Source: Patescibacteria group bacterium
GTDB lineage: Bacteria > Patescibacteriota > Patescibacteriia > UBA10025 > JAHIVO01
Direction: 5' to 3'
Assembly (NCBI GenBank): GCA_041660605.1
Contig: JBAZWB010000001.1
Span: 686,503 to 750,502 of the forward strand
DNA length: 64,000 nucleotides
The translations under genes were made by a program, and so were the position numbers. The notes beneath the pieces were generated by a model. The model saw only the letters and a program-made list of their open reading frames with translations, searched no databases and was not told the DNA's origin. Below, piece by piece: positions 20,948 through 29,921 of this stretch (positions are counted from its first letter, which is position 1; each line of letters starts with the position of its first letter).

Positions 20948-21668
20948 GTATAGAAATTCTCACCTAGATCCAAAAATAGTCAACTATTACGAGCATACCG
21001 TGTATGGTCATGGCTCAAGCTATAGCCTTCTTTGGAATTTAGAAAAAAGTATTCTACTAAAAATATTTAAAAAGTATAATTTGCAAAATAATTCCACTAC
21101 GTATCTTGATTTTGCCTGCGGTACTGGCAGAGTAATTTCTTTTCTTGAAGATAAAGTGAGAAACTCTTTTGGTATAGATGTATCGCAGAACATGATTAAT
21201 CTCGCGCTACCCAAACTTCATCGCTCAAAACTTATGGTGGTCGATTTGGCATCTGACGATAAATTACTTGACGAAAAATACGATCTAATCACTGCTTTTC
21301 GATTTTTTCTGAATTCCCAGCCTGAACTACGTAAAACAGCAATGAATATTTTGGGTCAAAAATTATCCACCAATGGTTTGTTGATTTTTAATATTCATGG
21401 TAATACAATCTGCTATCGCTTCCCTATTGTAATTTTATACCGATTATTTGGTAAACCGCTCCAGCAAATGACATACTTTCAGGTAAAAAATCTTGTCCAT
21501 CAAAACGGCCTTAAAATAGTTGGGTATTATGGCGTGGGATTCATACCAAAATTTTTATACCCTATTTTTCCCAAAACATGGATAATGACATTTGAAAAAA
21601 TTTTGTCAAAGACATTATTAAAGTATTTATGCTTAGACATGATTTTTGTTTGTAAAAAAAATGAATAA
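20928..21668 (+). CDS. Class I SAM-dependent methyltransferase (paralog of 19092-19847)
   Basis: YLDFACGTG, GIDVSQNM; ITAFRFF motif shared with the upstream paralog. Confidence 0.9.
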   Translation: MSKSNREYRNSHLDPKIVNYYEHTVYGHGSSYSLLWNLEKSILLKIFKKYNLQNNSTTYLDFACGTGRVISFLEDKVRNSFGIDVSQNMINLALPKLHRSKLMVVDLASDDKLLDEKYDLITAFRFFLNSQPELRKTAMNILGQKLSTNGLLIFNIHGNTICYRFPIVILYRLFGKPLQQMTYFQVKNLVHQNGLKIVGYYGVGFIPKFLYPIFPKTWIMTFEKILSKTLLKYLCLDMIFVCKKNE

Positions 21669-22488
21669 ATATTTATCATTCAGAAAAAATAAATATTTTG
21701 TTAGAAATGACCTTGAATCATTTTTAATATTTTATCGATTTTTTTTATTCCGCCCCTTTTTAATCGGACATTTCTTACGCCTGTCACTTAAGTTTTTTGA
21801 TTCCGTTTTTTGCGCTATAATTAAAATTTTTTTCGTATTACGTTTTAATTTTCTATTGCCAGCAAAAAAACTCAATGCAAATTTTTTAATTTCCCGGCGT
21901 GGAGGTGGCCTGCAAAAAAATTTATGCATTATTGAAAAGAGTAATTCTCATTATAAACTAAATAAAATATTTTCGGATGATAATGCATTTAAACGAGAAC
22001 AAAAATTTTTAAACCTGTACTATGCCAAATCGGATAAAATTCTCCTACCTGAATATCGAATTTATGAAAAAAAAATTGTATATACCTTCCTAAAATCTGA
22101 ATCATTAAAATCATTAATCAGGCGCGGTTGTATTACCAAACCACGGGCATTACAAATTTATAAAAAAATCTTTTCTGCTATGACCCCTCTTTACAAAAAG
22201 AATGATAATTATCAGCATGGTGACTTGGCTACTGAAAATATTTATCCTGTTAATGATTTTATTTATTTAATCGATTTTGCAGATTCAGCTTTTCTTCCGC
22301 CATTTTACGATACGATCTTCCTGCTCTACCGGATTGTATCAGAGTTTGACCGTATAACTTACTCTTACTTCATTAGTAATGCCTTAGCGATTTTTAATTC
22401 ATTACAATTAAAAATAAAATTGTCGCGAGGCGATATTATAAATTTTGATCAAACATATAAACACAATTTAAAATTAAAATATGGATAA
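21646..22488 (+). CDS. Phosphotransferase/kinase-like protein (start may be ATG 21661)
   Basis: HGDLATENI catalytic loop and IYLIDFAD. Confidence 0.7.
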   Translation: MFVKKMNKYLSFRKNKYFVRNDLESFLIFYRFFLFRPFLIGHFLRLSLKFFDSVFCAIIKIFFVLRFNFLLPAKKLNANFLISRRGGGLQKNLCIIEKSNSHYKLNKIFSDDNAFKREQKFLNLYYAKSDKILLPEYRIYEKKIVYTFLKSESLKSLIRRGCITKPRALQIYKKIFSAMTPLYKKNDNYQHGDLATENIYPVNDFIYLIDFADSAFLPPFYDTIFLLYRIVSEFDRITYSYFISNALAIFNSLQLKIKLSRGDIINFDQTYKHNLKLKYG

Positions 22489-23635
22489 ATCAATTATTGA
22501 CCATAATAAAATTAAGGTATGTTTTGTACAAGCACATGTCTACCCTTTTTTTGATAAAAAAATTAATGCTACTATCGGCGGAGCAGAATTGCAATTATAT
22601 TTAATCGGTACAGAAATTGCTAAAGATAACGGATACGAAGTTTCATATTTAGTTGGCGATTACGGCCAGCCAAAAACAGTTCAGCACGGTAATATAAGCT
22701 TATTCAATGGTATTCCAACTAAAAAAGGACTTTCATTATTGAAAAAAATTAGTTCAGCATTAAAAATATACAGAATCCTAGGAAGAATTAACGCCGATAT
22801 TTACATCTCATCAGGCGCTAACAGCGTTATTGGTCTTGTATCTTATTTTTGCCTCCACAAAGGTAAGATTCATATTTATCGGACATCACATAAAAATGGT
22901 TGCAATAAAGTGTATATCAATCAAAATGGGTTAACCGGAAAAATATTCCAATACGGTTTAGAACATGCCAATTTCGTAATTACTCAGTCAAAAGAACATC
23001 AAATCCTTCTTAAGCAGCATCATAATCGAAATTCAAAGGTATTTAGAAATATTTTTCCGATTCAAACACAAAAAAATGGACTTAAGAAGAAAACCATCCT
23101 TTGGGTAGCCAGGATTGCGCACTGGAAACAACCAGAATTATTTATTGAGTTAGCTAAATTATTTCCTAGTGAAAAATTTGTAATGGTTTGCGCTACTAGC
23201 AAAGAAGATGTTCATTATCAAAATAAAATTCAATCAATGATTAAACAGCAATCAAATATTAAGCTCTATAATCAAGTTCCCTATGACCAAGTCCAAAAAA
23301 TTTTTAACGAAGCTAAAATATTTGTCAATACCTCCATGGCAGAGGGCTTTCCAAATACATTTTTGCAGGCTGGCGTTGGTAAGACGCCTATCGTATCTCT
23401 AAATGTCAATCCAGATGGATTTATCGAACAATATAATTGTGGCTATTTTTGCCAAAATAATTTTAATAATATGGTATTAAAAATTAGAATATTGCTGAAG
23501 CAGAGAGATGATTGGCAGAAAAAAAGTGAGAATCTTTATAATTATGTCAGGAACAATCATGATCTATCAAGAAATGTAGCCTATCTAAAACAATTGATCA
23601 GGTATTTTATCTCCGAGTCAAAAAGTCTAAAATAA
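22481..23635 (+). CDS. GT4 glycosyltransferase
   Basis: GGAELQ, WVARIAHWK, EGFPNTFLQA. Confidence 0.9.
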   Translation: MDKSIIDHNKIKVCFVQAHVYPFFDKKINATIGGAELQLYLIGTEIAKDNGYEVSYLVGDYGQPKTVQHGNISLFNGIPTKKGLSLLKKISSALKIYRILGRINADIYISSGANSVIGLVSYFCLHKGKIHIYRTSHKNGCNKVYINQNGLTGKIFQYGLEHANFVITQSKEHQILLKQHHNRNSKVFRNIFPIQTQKNGLKKKTILWVARIAHWKQPELFIELAKLFPSEKFVMVCATSKEDVHYQNKIQSMIKQQSNIKLYNQVPYDQVQKIFNEAKIFVNTSMAEGFPNTFLQAGVGKTPIVSLNVNPDGFIEQYNCGYFCQNNFNNMVLKIRILLKQRDDWQKKSENLYNYVRNNHDLSRNVAYLKQLIRYFISESKSLK

Positions 23636-23640
23636 TCCTC

Positions 23641-24432
23641 ATGGAAAAAATTTTGATTTCAATAATAAATATAATTAATATAATCAGGGATTTCACTAAC
23701 TGGCCTTTAGTAATCCTAAACTATTTACACATACGAAAAGCAGTTACTCTAAAACATCGCAATGGTTTGCATTTTTTTTGCCATAACCGGGCTCACTCAA
23801 AAATAATACAGGAAATGTTCCAAGGAATGATTTACAATAAGCACTTAATTGATCAAATAGGCCAAACATTACATAAAAAAACTATTATTGATATAGGAGC
23901 GCATGTGGGGAGTTTTTCCTTTTGGTTTGATTTTCATTGCCCTGGTAATACTTTCTATTTGTATGAGCCCGACAAAAATACATTTGATATATTACAAAAA
24001 AATGTTTGGCTGAATTATAAAAAAAAATTTCACATTTTTAACATCTGCGTCGCCTATAAATCAGGAATTGTTACATTTTATTCTACGTCAAGCAAAGGTC
24101 AAACTCAATCTTCATCTATACTTCACCGATCTGCTAATGAAGATAAATACTCTATCAATGCGAAAACGTTAATTGACATTATTACAGAAAATAAAATAAC
24201 GCAGGTAGATCTAGTAAAAATGGATTGCGAGGGTGCGGAATTTGATATTATACTTCAAGCACCGACTCGACTTTGGGCAATAGTTAAGGCAATACTTTTT
24301 GAATACCATGATGATATTTCGGGTAAGTCACACGAACAACTTGTTAAATCATTAAAGCCATTTTATAATACTATAGTTGTTCATCCGGCGCGATATAATA
24401 AATTTCGTGGCACAATTTTCGCTAAAAATTAA
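23641..24432 (+). CDS. FkbM family methyltransferase
   Basis: IIDIGAHVG, YEPD, VKMDCEGAE, FEYH. Confidence 0.92.
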   Translation: MEKILISIINIINIIRDFTNWPLVILNYLHIRKAVTLKHRNGLHFFCHNRAHSKIIQEMFQGMIYNKHLIDQIGQTLHKKTIIDIGAHVGSFSFWFDFHCPGNTFYLYEPDKNTFDILQKNVWLNYKKKFHIFNICVAYKSGIVTFYSTSSKGQTQSSSILHRSANEDKYSINAKTLIDIITENKITQVDLVKMDCEGAEFDIILQAPTRLWAIVKAILFEYHDDISGKSHEQLVKSLKPFYNTIVVHPARYNKFRGTIFAKN

Positions 24433-24447
24433 AAATTATTAAAAATA

Positions 24448-25233
24448 ATGTGGTTTTTAAAAAAAATTAAAACAATAATGAAATCACTTAAGAGCAAAGT
24501 AATCCCTGATTTTATTAGGTTAAAATTTGATGCTGAAGAATTTAGTATTACTAAATTTGTCGAATTTGCGTCAAAACAAATCGCACCTACCGATAAAATT
24601 TTAGACGCAGGTGCCGGTTCCTGTCCATACAAAAAATATTTTAACCATGCAAGTTACGAATCTACCGATTTTGAAAACATTTTCGATAAATCTTCAAAAA
24701 ATAAGCATACATTCATCTGCAGTTTAGACAACATCCCAAAATCAGATGAATCTTATGATGCTATTCTAAATACCCAAGTGTTGGAGCATGTCGAATATCC
24801 CCAAAAAGTAATTAAAGAATTTTTTCGTATACTCAGACCTGGTGGTAAATTGTTCCTTACTGCACCCCAAGGATGGGGCATTCATGGTGATCCTTACCAT
24901 TTTTTTAATTTCACAAAATATGGCCTAAAATCACTTTTTATTAATGCCGGATTTACAATAAAATTTATTAAACCAAGAGGTGGAATTTTTTGGTATTTGG
25001 GGAAACGTATTAAAATGCTCCCACTTTATATTTTCTTACAGCATATCATATTAAAAAAAGATGGTGCGACAAAGTTCAAACCTACGCTTACTGGTTTTTT
25101 GTTATTACCATTTTATATTTTGTCTATACCAATCTGCAGTTTATTAATTCCTTTGCTATTTTTTTATCTTGACAAGCTTGACAAAAAGCAAGATTTTACA
25201 TTGGGGTATGCTTGTTATTGTGAAAAAAAATAG
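24448..25233 (+). CDS. Class I SAM-dependent methyltransferase (type 11-like)
   Basis: ILDAGAG, QVLEHV, LRPGG. Confidence 0.9.
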   Translation: MWFLKKIKTIMKSLKSKVIPDFIRLKFDAEEFSITKFVEFASKQIAPTDKILDAGAGSCPYKKYFNHASYESTDFENIFDKSSKNKHTFICSLDNIPKSDESYDAILNTQVLEHVEYPQKVIKEFFRILRPGGKLFLTAPQGWGIHGDPYHFFNFTKYGLKSLFINAGFTIKFIKPRGGIFWYLGKRIKMLPLYIFLQHIILKKDGATKFKPTLTGFLLLPFYILSIPICSLLIPLLFFYLDKLDKKQDFTLGYACYCEKK

Positions 25234-25262
25234 TTTATATAAAAGCGATAAAAACAGACGTA

Positions 25263-25456
25263 TTAAATTATTTATTAAATACAACTGCCCCAGAAACCTG
25301 GCCCAAGATAGGCACTATTATACTTGAATTTCACGATGATATTACAAAGGAACCGCATGGCCAGTTGATCAAACAATAATATTATTATATAATAATATTA
25401 TAATTATACCGAACAGAATGTATAAACTTCGTGGAACTACTTATGCTTGAAACTAA
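25263..25456 (+). pseudogene. Degenerate C-terminal fragment of an FkbM methyltransferase paralog
   Basis: Translates as APETWPKIGTIILEFHDDITKEPHGQLIKQ*, then after a frameshift YNNIIIIPNRMYKLRGTTYA*N*. This matches APTRLWAIVKAILFEYHDDISGKSHEQLVKS...YNTIVVHPARYNKFRGTIFAKN of 23641-24432. Confidence 0.8.
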
Positions 25457-25465
25457 TCAATAAAT

Positions 25466-26116
25466 ATGAATATTAGTAAATATTTTAAATATTTGATTCC
25501 ACCCATGACTTTAATTTTTCATACTAAGAAAACTGGATTATATAGATATAAAAACTACAGTCATTATAAAAAAGTTCAAGTTGAGGGAAATATTAAAAAA
25601 ATTAATCAATCATGGGTTGTTGAAAAAAATATTAAGTATTTATCAAGTTTTTTAAAAAATGAAGTGCCAAATCTTAAATTTGGCATCTGTCATGGTACTA
25701 GACGTGGGAAAGAACAAGAATGGTTCAGTAAATATTTAAGTATAAATGTTATCGGTACTGAAATTTCTCCTACCGCAACACAATTCCCAAATACAATACA
25801 ATGGGATTTTCATGATGTAAAACCCGAGTGGATTAATAATATCGATTTTATTTATAGTAATTCTTTTGATCACTCTTATAAACCAAAGGAATGTTTAGAC
25901 GCATGGATGAGTTGTATAAAAAAAAGTGGGATGCTAATTCTAGAATGGACTACTGGACACATAGGGGTCGACGAACTCGATCCTTTCGGTGCAACTTTAG
26001 ATGCCTACAAAATACTAATAACTGAAAAATATAAAATTAAAAAAATTCTAAAAGCTCCTAGTAATCGTTTATGGAAATTACATAATAGATATTATTTCAT
26101 AATTTCACATAAGTAA
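25466..26116 (+). CDS. Putative SAM-dependent methyltransferase-fold protein
   Basis: GICHGTRRG, GTEIS, DFIYSNSFDHS, IKKSGMLILEW resemble degenerate class I MTase motifs. Confidence 0.65.
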   Translation: MNISKYFKYLIPPMTLIFHTKKTGLYRYKNYSHYKKVQVEGNIKKINQSWVVEKNIKYLSSFLKNEVPNLKFGICHGTRRGKEQEWFSKYLSINVIGTEISPTATQFPNTIQWDFHDVKPEWINNIDFIYSNSFDHSYKPKECLDAWMSCIKKSGMLILEWTTGHIGVDELDPFGATLDAYKILITEKYKIKKILKAPSNRLWKLHNRYYFIISHK

Positions 26117-26184
26117 TTATTTACTAATATTTTTTTAAAATAGACTTAATTATCAGATAAAAAAATTATAATAAGTTTAAACTA

Positions 26185-26219
26185 AAAAATTCAGAGTTTC
26201 ACTTAAACTCTGAATTTTT
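26185..26219. terminator. Bidirectional intrinsic terminator between convergent genes
   Basis: Perfect inverted repeat AAAAATTCAGAGTTT-CACTT-AAACTCTGAATTTTT. Confidence 0.8.
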
Positions 26220-26265
26220 ACTGAAAACAATATACAAAATTTAATTTCCTTAATATAAAATCGAA

Positions 26266-27573
26266 TTAATTTATCTGTTTACTCTTAAGCTGAAAAAAAT
26301 ATTTTAATGAGTATTGAGGATAATGTCGAAAAAAGTATATTTCGTATAATATCATTTTAAATCCATATCCAATTACCGTAGCAACTGCACCACCCATTAT
26401 ACCCATCCGGGGAATCAATACGATATCAAATATTATATTTATCGCAAATTGACCAATGTTAACTATTTGAGAAAAACGAAATTTTTTTAAGGAAATAATA
26501 ATAGGGATGTAAAAAGTATTATATGCAGCCAGTAATGCTCCAAAAATTAGCATCTTTAATATAGGGACGGATTGAGAATACTCACTTTTATAGACTAAAC
26601 GAATTAACACTGAAATGTTAAAATATAATAAAAATAAACCAAAGATAATAATTAATAAAAGTTTCCATCGTTTACTAAAAAGGTAATTGGATATTTTTTT
26701 TGAATTCTTAATATTCGTCGCGATGAATGGGGTAAAATAACTACCAAGAATAAATGTACTCATTACTAAACCCTTAAAAACTTCGTAACTCAAATTATAA
26801 ACTCCAATTTCATGAAAAGACACATAATGTCGTAACACTAAATTATCGCCCCAATTAACTAAATAAACTCCAACTGAACCAAACATTATCCAGCTGATAT
26901 ACCCTATAGTTTCTTTAAATAATTTTTTATCAATAACAAACGGGAATAACATGCTGTAATCTGTACGACGCAGGAATATGGGAAAAAATATCAATAAAAG
27001 TATGGCCGAGACAAGATACGAGTAAAATATATTGTTTAAACTTAATTGATGAAAAATGAACAGAAGCAAAACGGATAGAACATTAAATAAACCGAAGAAA
27101 AAATCGATCCAGGAATGCTTTAACCTCATATTCAAAGCTAAGAAAAGATTTCCGATAAACCGATATAACGTTAGCCCGGTATAGGCCAAAAAAAGTGAAA
27201 ATAATTCTAAACGCGTTATGCCCGCAAAATTCTGCAGATACTTGCCTAATACCAAATTTACTAAAATATATATGCTAATCGAAATAATCAAAAAAATGAT
27301 CTGCACTGAAAAAGACTTATTAATTTTTCCTGATAAGTTTCTTTCCTGATTCGCGTTCACAATAAAAGGTGTTTGCGCAGACGCTATTAGCAGACTTGAA
27401 AAGAAAAAAATTATAGTTTTTGACAACGAATAACCGCCAAATAAGCTAGGAGATAAAAATTTCGCTATCAGAAGCGGGGCCAATAGTGAAAATCCCTGTC
27501 CCACTAGTTTAATAAGCGAAAAACTTAACATCATCTTCCCCAGCTTAAATTCTTTTATTACTCGACGAATCAT
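26266..27573 (-). CDS. Wzx-like oligosaccharide flippase
   Basis: About 12 TMs; DNLVL...EIGVYNLS and LIPRMGIMGGAVATVI MOP-family motifs. Confidence 0.85.
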   Translation of the reverse strand: MIRRVIKEFKLGKMMLSFSLIKLVGQGFSLLAPLLIAKFLSPSLFGGYSLSKTIIFFFSSLLIASAQTPFIVNANQERNLSGKINKSFSVQIIFLIISISIYILVNLVLGKYLQNFAGITRLELFSLFLAYTGLTLYRFIGNLFLALNMRLKHSWIDFFFGLFNVLSVLLLFIFHQLSLNNIFYSYLVSAILLLIFFPIFLRRTDYSMLFPFVIDKKLFKETIGYISWIMFGSVGVYLVNWGDNLVLRHYVSFHEIGVYNLSYEVFKGLVMSTFILGSYFTPFIATNIKNSKKISNYLFSKRWKLLLIIIFGLFLLYFNISVLIRLVYKSEYSQSVPILKMLIFGALLAAYNTFYIPIIISLKKFRFSQIVNIGQFAINIIFDIVLIPRMGIMGGAVATVIGYGFKMILYEIYFFRHYPQYSLKYFFQLKSKQIN

Positions 27574-27586
27574 AATTCTTTAATTA

Positions 27587-29827
27587 TCATTGGAATAAAA
27601 AAACCTTGCTTAAACCATCCGGAGATAAATAAACAATTTTTTCTTTGTTCGTATTCAGAAAGTTGATAAAATCATTGCGGACATGAACAGTATATAGTAC
27701 ATTTATGCTCCCTCCGTTAATAACCAGCCAAACTTTTCTTGTATCCTTAGTATCTATAATTTTTTGCACATCCTGGACGCTGGTAAGAATCTTGCTCCCC
27801 TCTCTATTAATAAAATTATAATTATTATCGATAATAGATTTACTAATTGAGCTTCCGCTTTGATTAAAAATATAATCGGGTTTTCTATCCATAATAAAAT
27901 CATAGGAACTCACTACGTTAATCCAAATGTCGCCCGGGCCAATTTGCTCGTTCAAATAAGTATACTGTGTTTTAAAATCAGCCCGATAAGCGGCAACTGA
28001 CGTATTTCTGAAGGGATCTTTGGAAACATCATCTCCATATTGGATAGTTATTCTGTCGTAAAAATTCGGCTGTATCAAGACAGTTAATAATATTAAAACT
28101 ACTAGAGTGCAAAATATCTGCAATTTTTTATTGTTTATGAATATTTTAATGATAAAGTAAATAGCAAAACTAGAAATGATAACATAAATGCCTTCTGCAA
28201 AAAGAAAAATTCTGGGTCCTACAACATTTCGACTACCTATTTCATAAATAATCACTGATAAAAATAAAACAGCATATAAATAAACTAAAAAACTAAGTTG
28301 TTTTCCAATTTTAACTTGTGATTTTAATTTTTTAAAAAATAAGTAAATAAATAAAAGTCCAATAAATATAAAAAAGATTAAAGGTATGTAATTTTTATTA
28401 AAAAAATCAAATAAATACCATTGGGGAAATTGGAATAGCGGATATGTTGGCGTGTCAACTCCCAGTAAAACATTTTTTGCATATGTCACGTCAAGCTGTA
28501 AGAATTTTTGAAAAGGATTATCCATATAATAAATGCAGACAATAATTGGCAAGAAAATTAAATTAGAAATATTGTTTTTTATTGTTGCAAATATATGCCG
28601 ATGTTTTGATATAAGTTGATAAATAAAAAATATGCACCAAACTCCAATTATAGCCATGAATATTGCTCCCAGCTGAACTGTCATCAACATTAATAAAAAA
28701 ATAACAACCGATAATATTTTATATTTAAATTTATTCTGAAAAAAACCAAGATAAATCGTATAAACCGCGGCCAAAAATAAAAATGCATTCATAATATAAA
28801 AACGCGCAAATCTTGAGTATTCTATATTGTATGTTGAAAAGACCAGGAAAAATAAAGTTAAAAGCCCGATCCATTTATTAATTTTTTTAGCGTACCAAAA
28901 AGATAAAAAAACAATCCCCATTCCAAAAAGAAAGCTGGGAAACCGCAGCCAGAATTCTGTTAAGCCAAAGGATGCCGTAAAAACTGAAACCAGATAGTAA
29001 TATGCTACCCCACGCCAATAAAAAATTTCACCCATAAAAGGCACGCCTTTCTGAAGTATAGCTTTGGAAACTAAACCCGCGGTGCCTTCGTCCCACCATA
29101 AACTTAAAGTTCCCAAATGATACAATCTTAGTACGGCCGCCATCACCAGTAAAATCAGTACAACAGTACTATAAATTTTTCCATTCTGATAATACCACTT
29201 ACAAATCAAACCTATTAATGGTACACGTGCGATTTCTGGGTAATTTTCTTTAAATTTCGTCGCTCTATTGAACTGAACGTTTTCTAAGAATTCGGATTCT
29301 TTAACGGTTTCTATAAATGATTTTTTAAAAATTATTTCTAGAATTTGATAAATTTTATTTCGTATAGATCTGAGGAAAAATAAACCTGCTAAAATAATTA
29401 AATAATTATAGATTATATGAAAATGATAAATATTTTGAGATGAATAATTATTTAGACTAATCGCCCATAAAGAATTAAATATTAATGAACATAATAAAAT
29501 GGTGATCCAAAATTTTTCATTTTTAAGCCCATTTTTACTAGTTAATACAAAAATTAAAATACTATCTATAAATATGAAAATCAAAATAAACGGGTCAAAC
29601 GTTTGCAGCCAAAAAAAATTCCCAATTGCATTAAGATTTACCCCTTGATAATTACTAAATATCAACACTCTTCCTGTAAATAGAAATAAAAATATAATAA
29701 TAAAGAAAAATAGTAAAACATGCACTATTCTCCTTATTATCCACCATTTCCTTTGGGGGAAATAAATATCTTTTAACTTACTTATTTTATTACTATTGAT
29801 TGCTTTTTTTGCAAAATCAATTTTCAT
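27587..29827 (-). CDS. GT-C fold membrane glycosyltransferase (PMT-like) with an extra N-terminal TM block
   Basis: LRLYHLGTLSLWWDE, EFWLRFPS..FG, IEYSRFARFY. Confidence 0.85.
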   Translation of the reverse strand: MKIDFAKKAINSNKISKLKDIYFPQRKWWIIRRIVHVLLFFFIIIFLFLFTGRVLIFSNYQGVNLNAIGNFFWLQTFDPFILIFIFIDSILIFVLTSKNGLKNEKFWITILLCSLIFNSLWAISLNNYSSQNIYHFHIIYNYLIILAGLFFLRSIRNKIYQILEIIFKKSFIETVKESEFLENVQFNRATKFKENYPEIARVPLIGLICKWYYQNGKIYSTVVLILLVMAAVLRLYHLGTLSLWWDEGTAGLVSKAILQKGVPFMGEIFYWRGVAYYYLVSVFTASFGLTEFWLRFPSFLFGMGIVFLSFWYAKKINKWIGLLTLFFLVFSTYNIEYSRFARFYIMNAFLFLAAVYTIYLGFFQNKFKYKILSVVIFLLMLMTVQLGAIFMAIIGVWCIFFIYQLISKHRHIFATIKNNISNLIFLPIIVCIYYMDNPFQKFLQLDVTYAKNVLLGVDTPTYPLFQFPQWYLFDFFNKNYIPLIFFIFIGLLFIYLFFKKLKSQVKIGKQLSFLVYLYAVLFLSVIIYEIGSRNVVGPRIFLFAEGIYVIISSFAIYFIIKIFINNKKLQIFCTLVVLILLTVLIQPNFYDRITIQYGDDVSKDPFRNTSVAAYRADFKTQYTYLNEQIGPGDIWINVVSSYDFIMDRKPDYIFNQSGSSISKSIIDNNYNFINREGSKILTSVQDVQKIIDTKDTRKVWLVINGGSINVLYTVHVRNDFINFLNTNKEKIVYLSPDGLSKVFLFQ

Positions 29828-29921
29828 TAATTTTTGTTATAATAAGAATTTCCAAAATTGTAATTTTAAATTGCTCAAAAATTCAACGTTTTGTTAACAT
29901 AAAAATATCATAATTTCGAGT

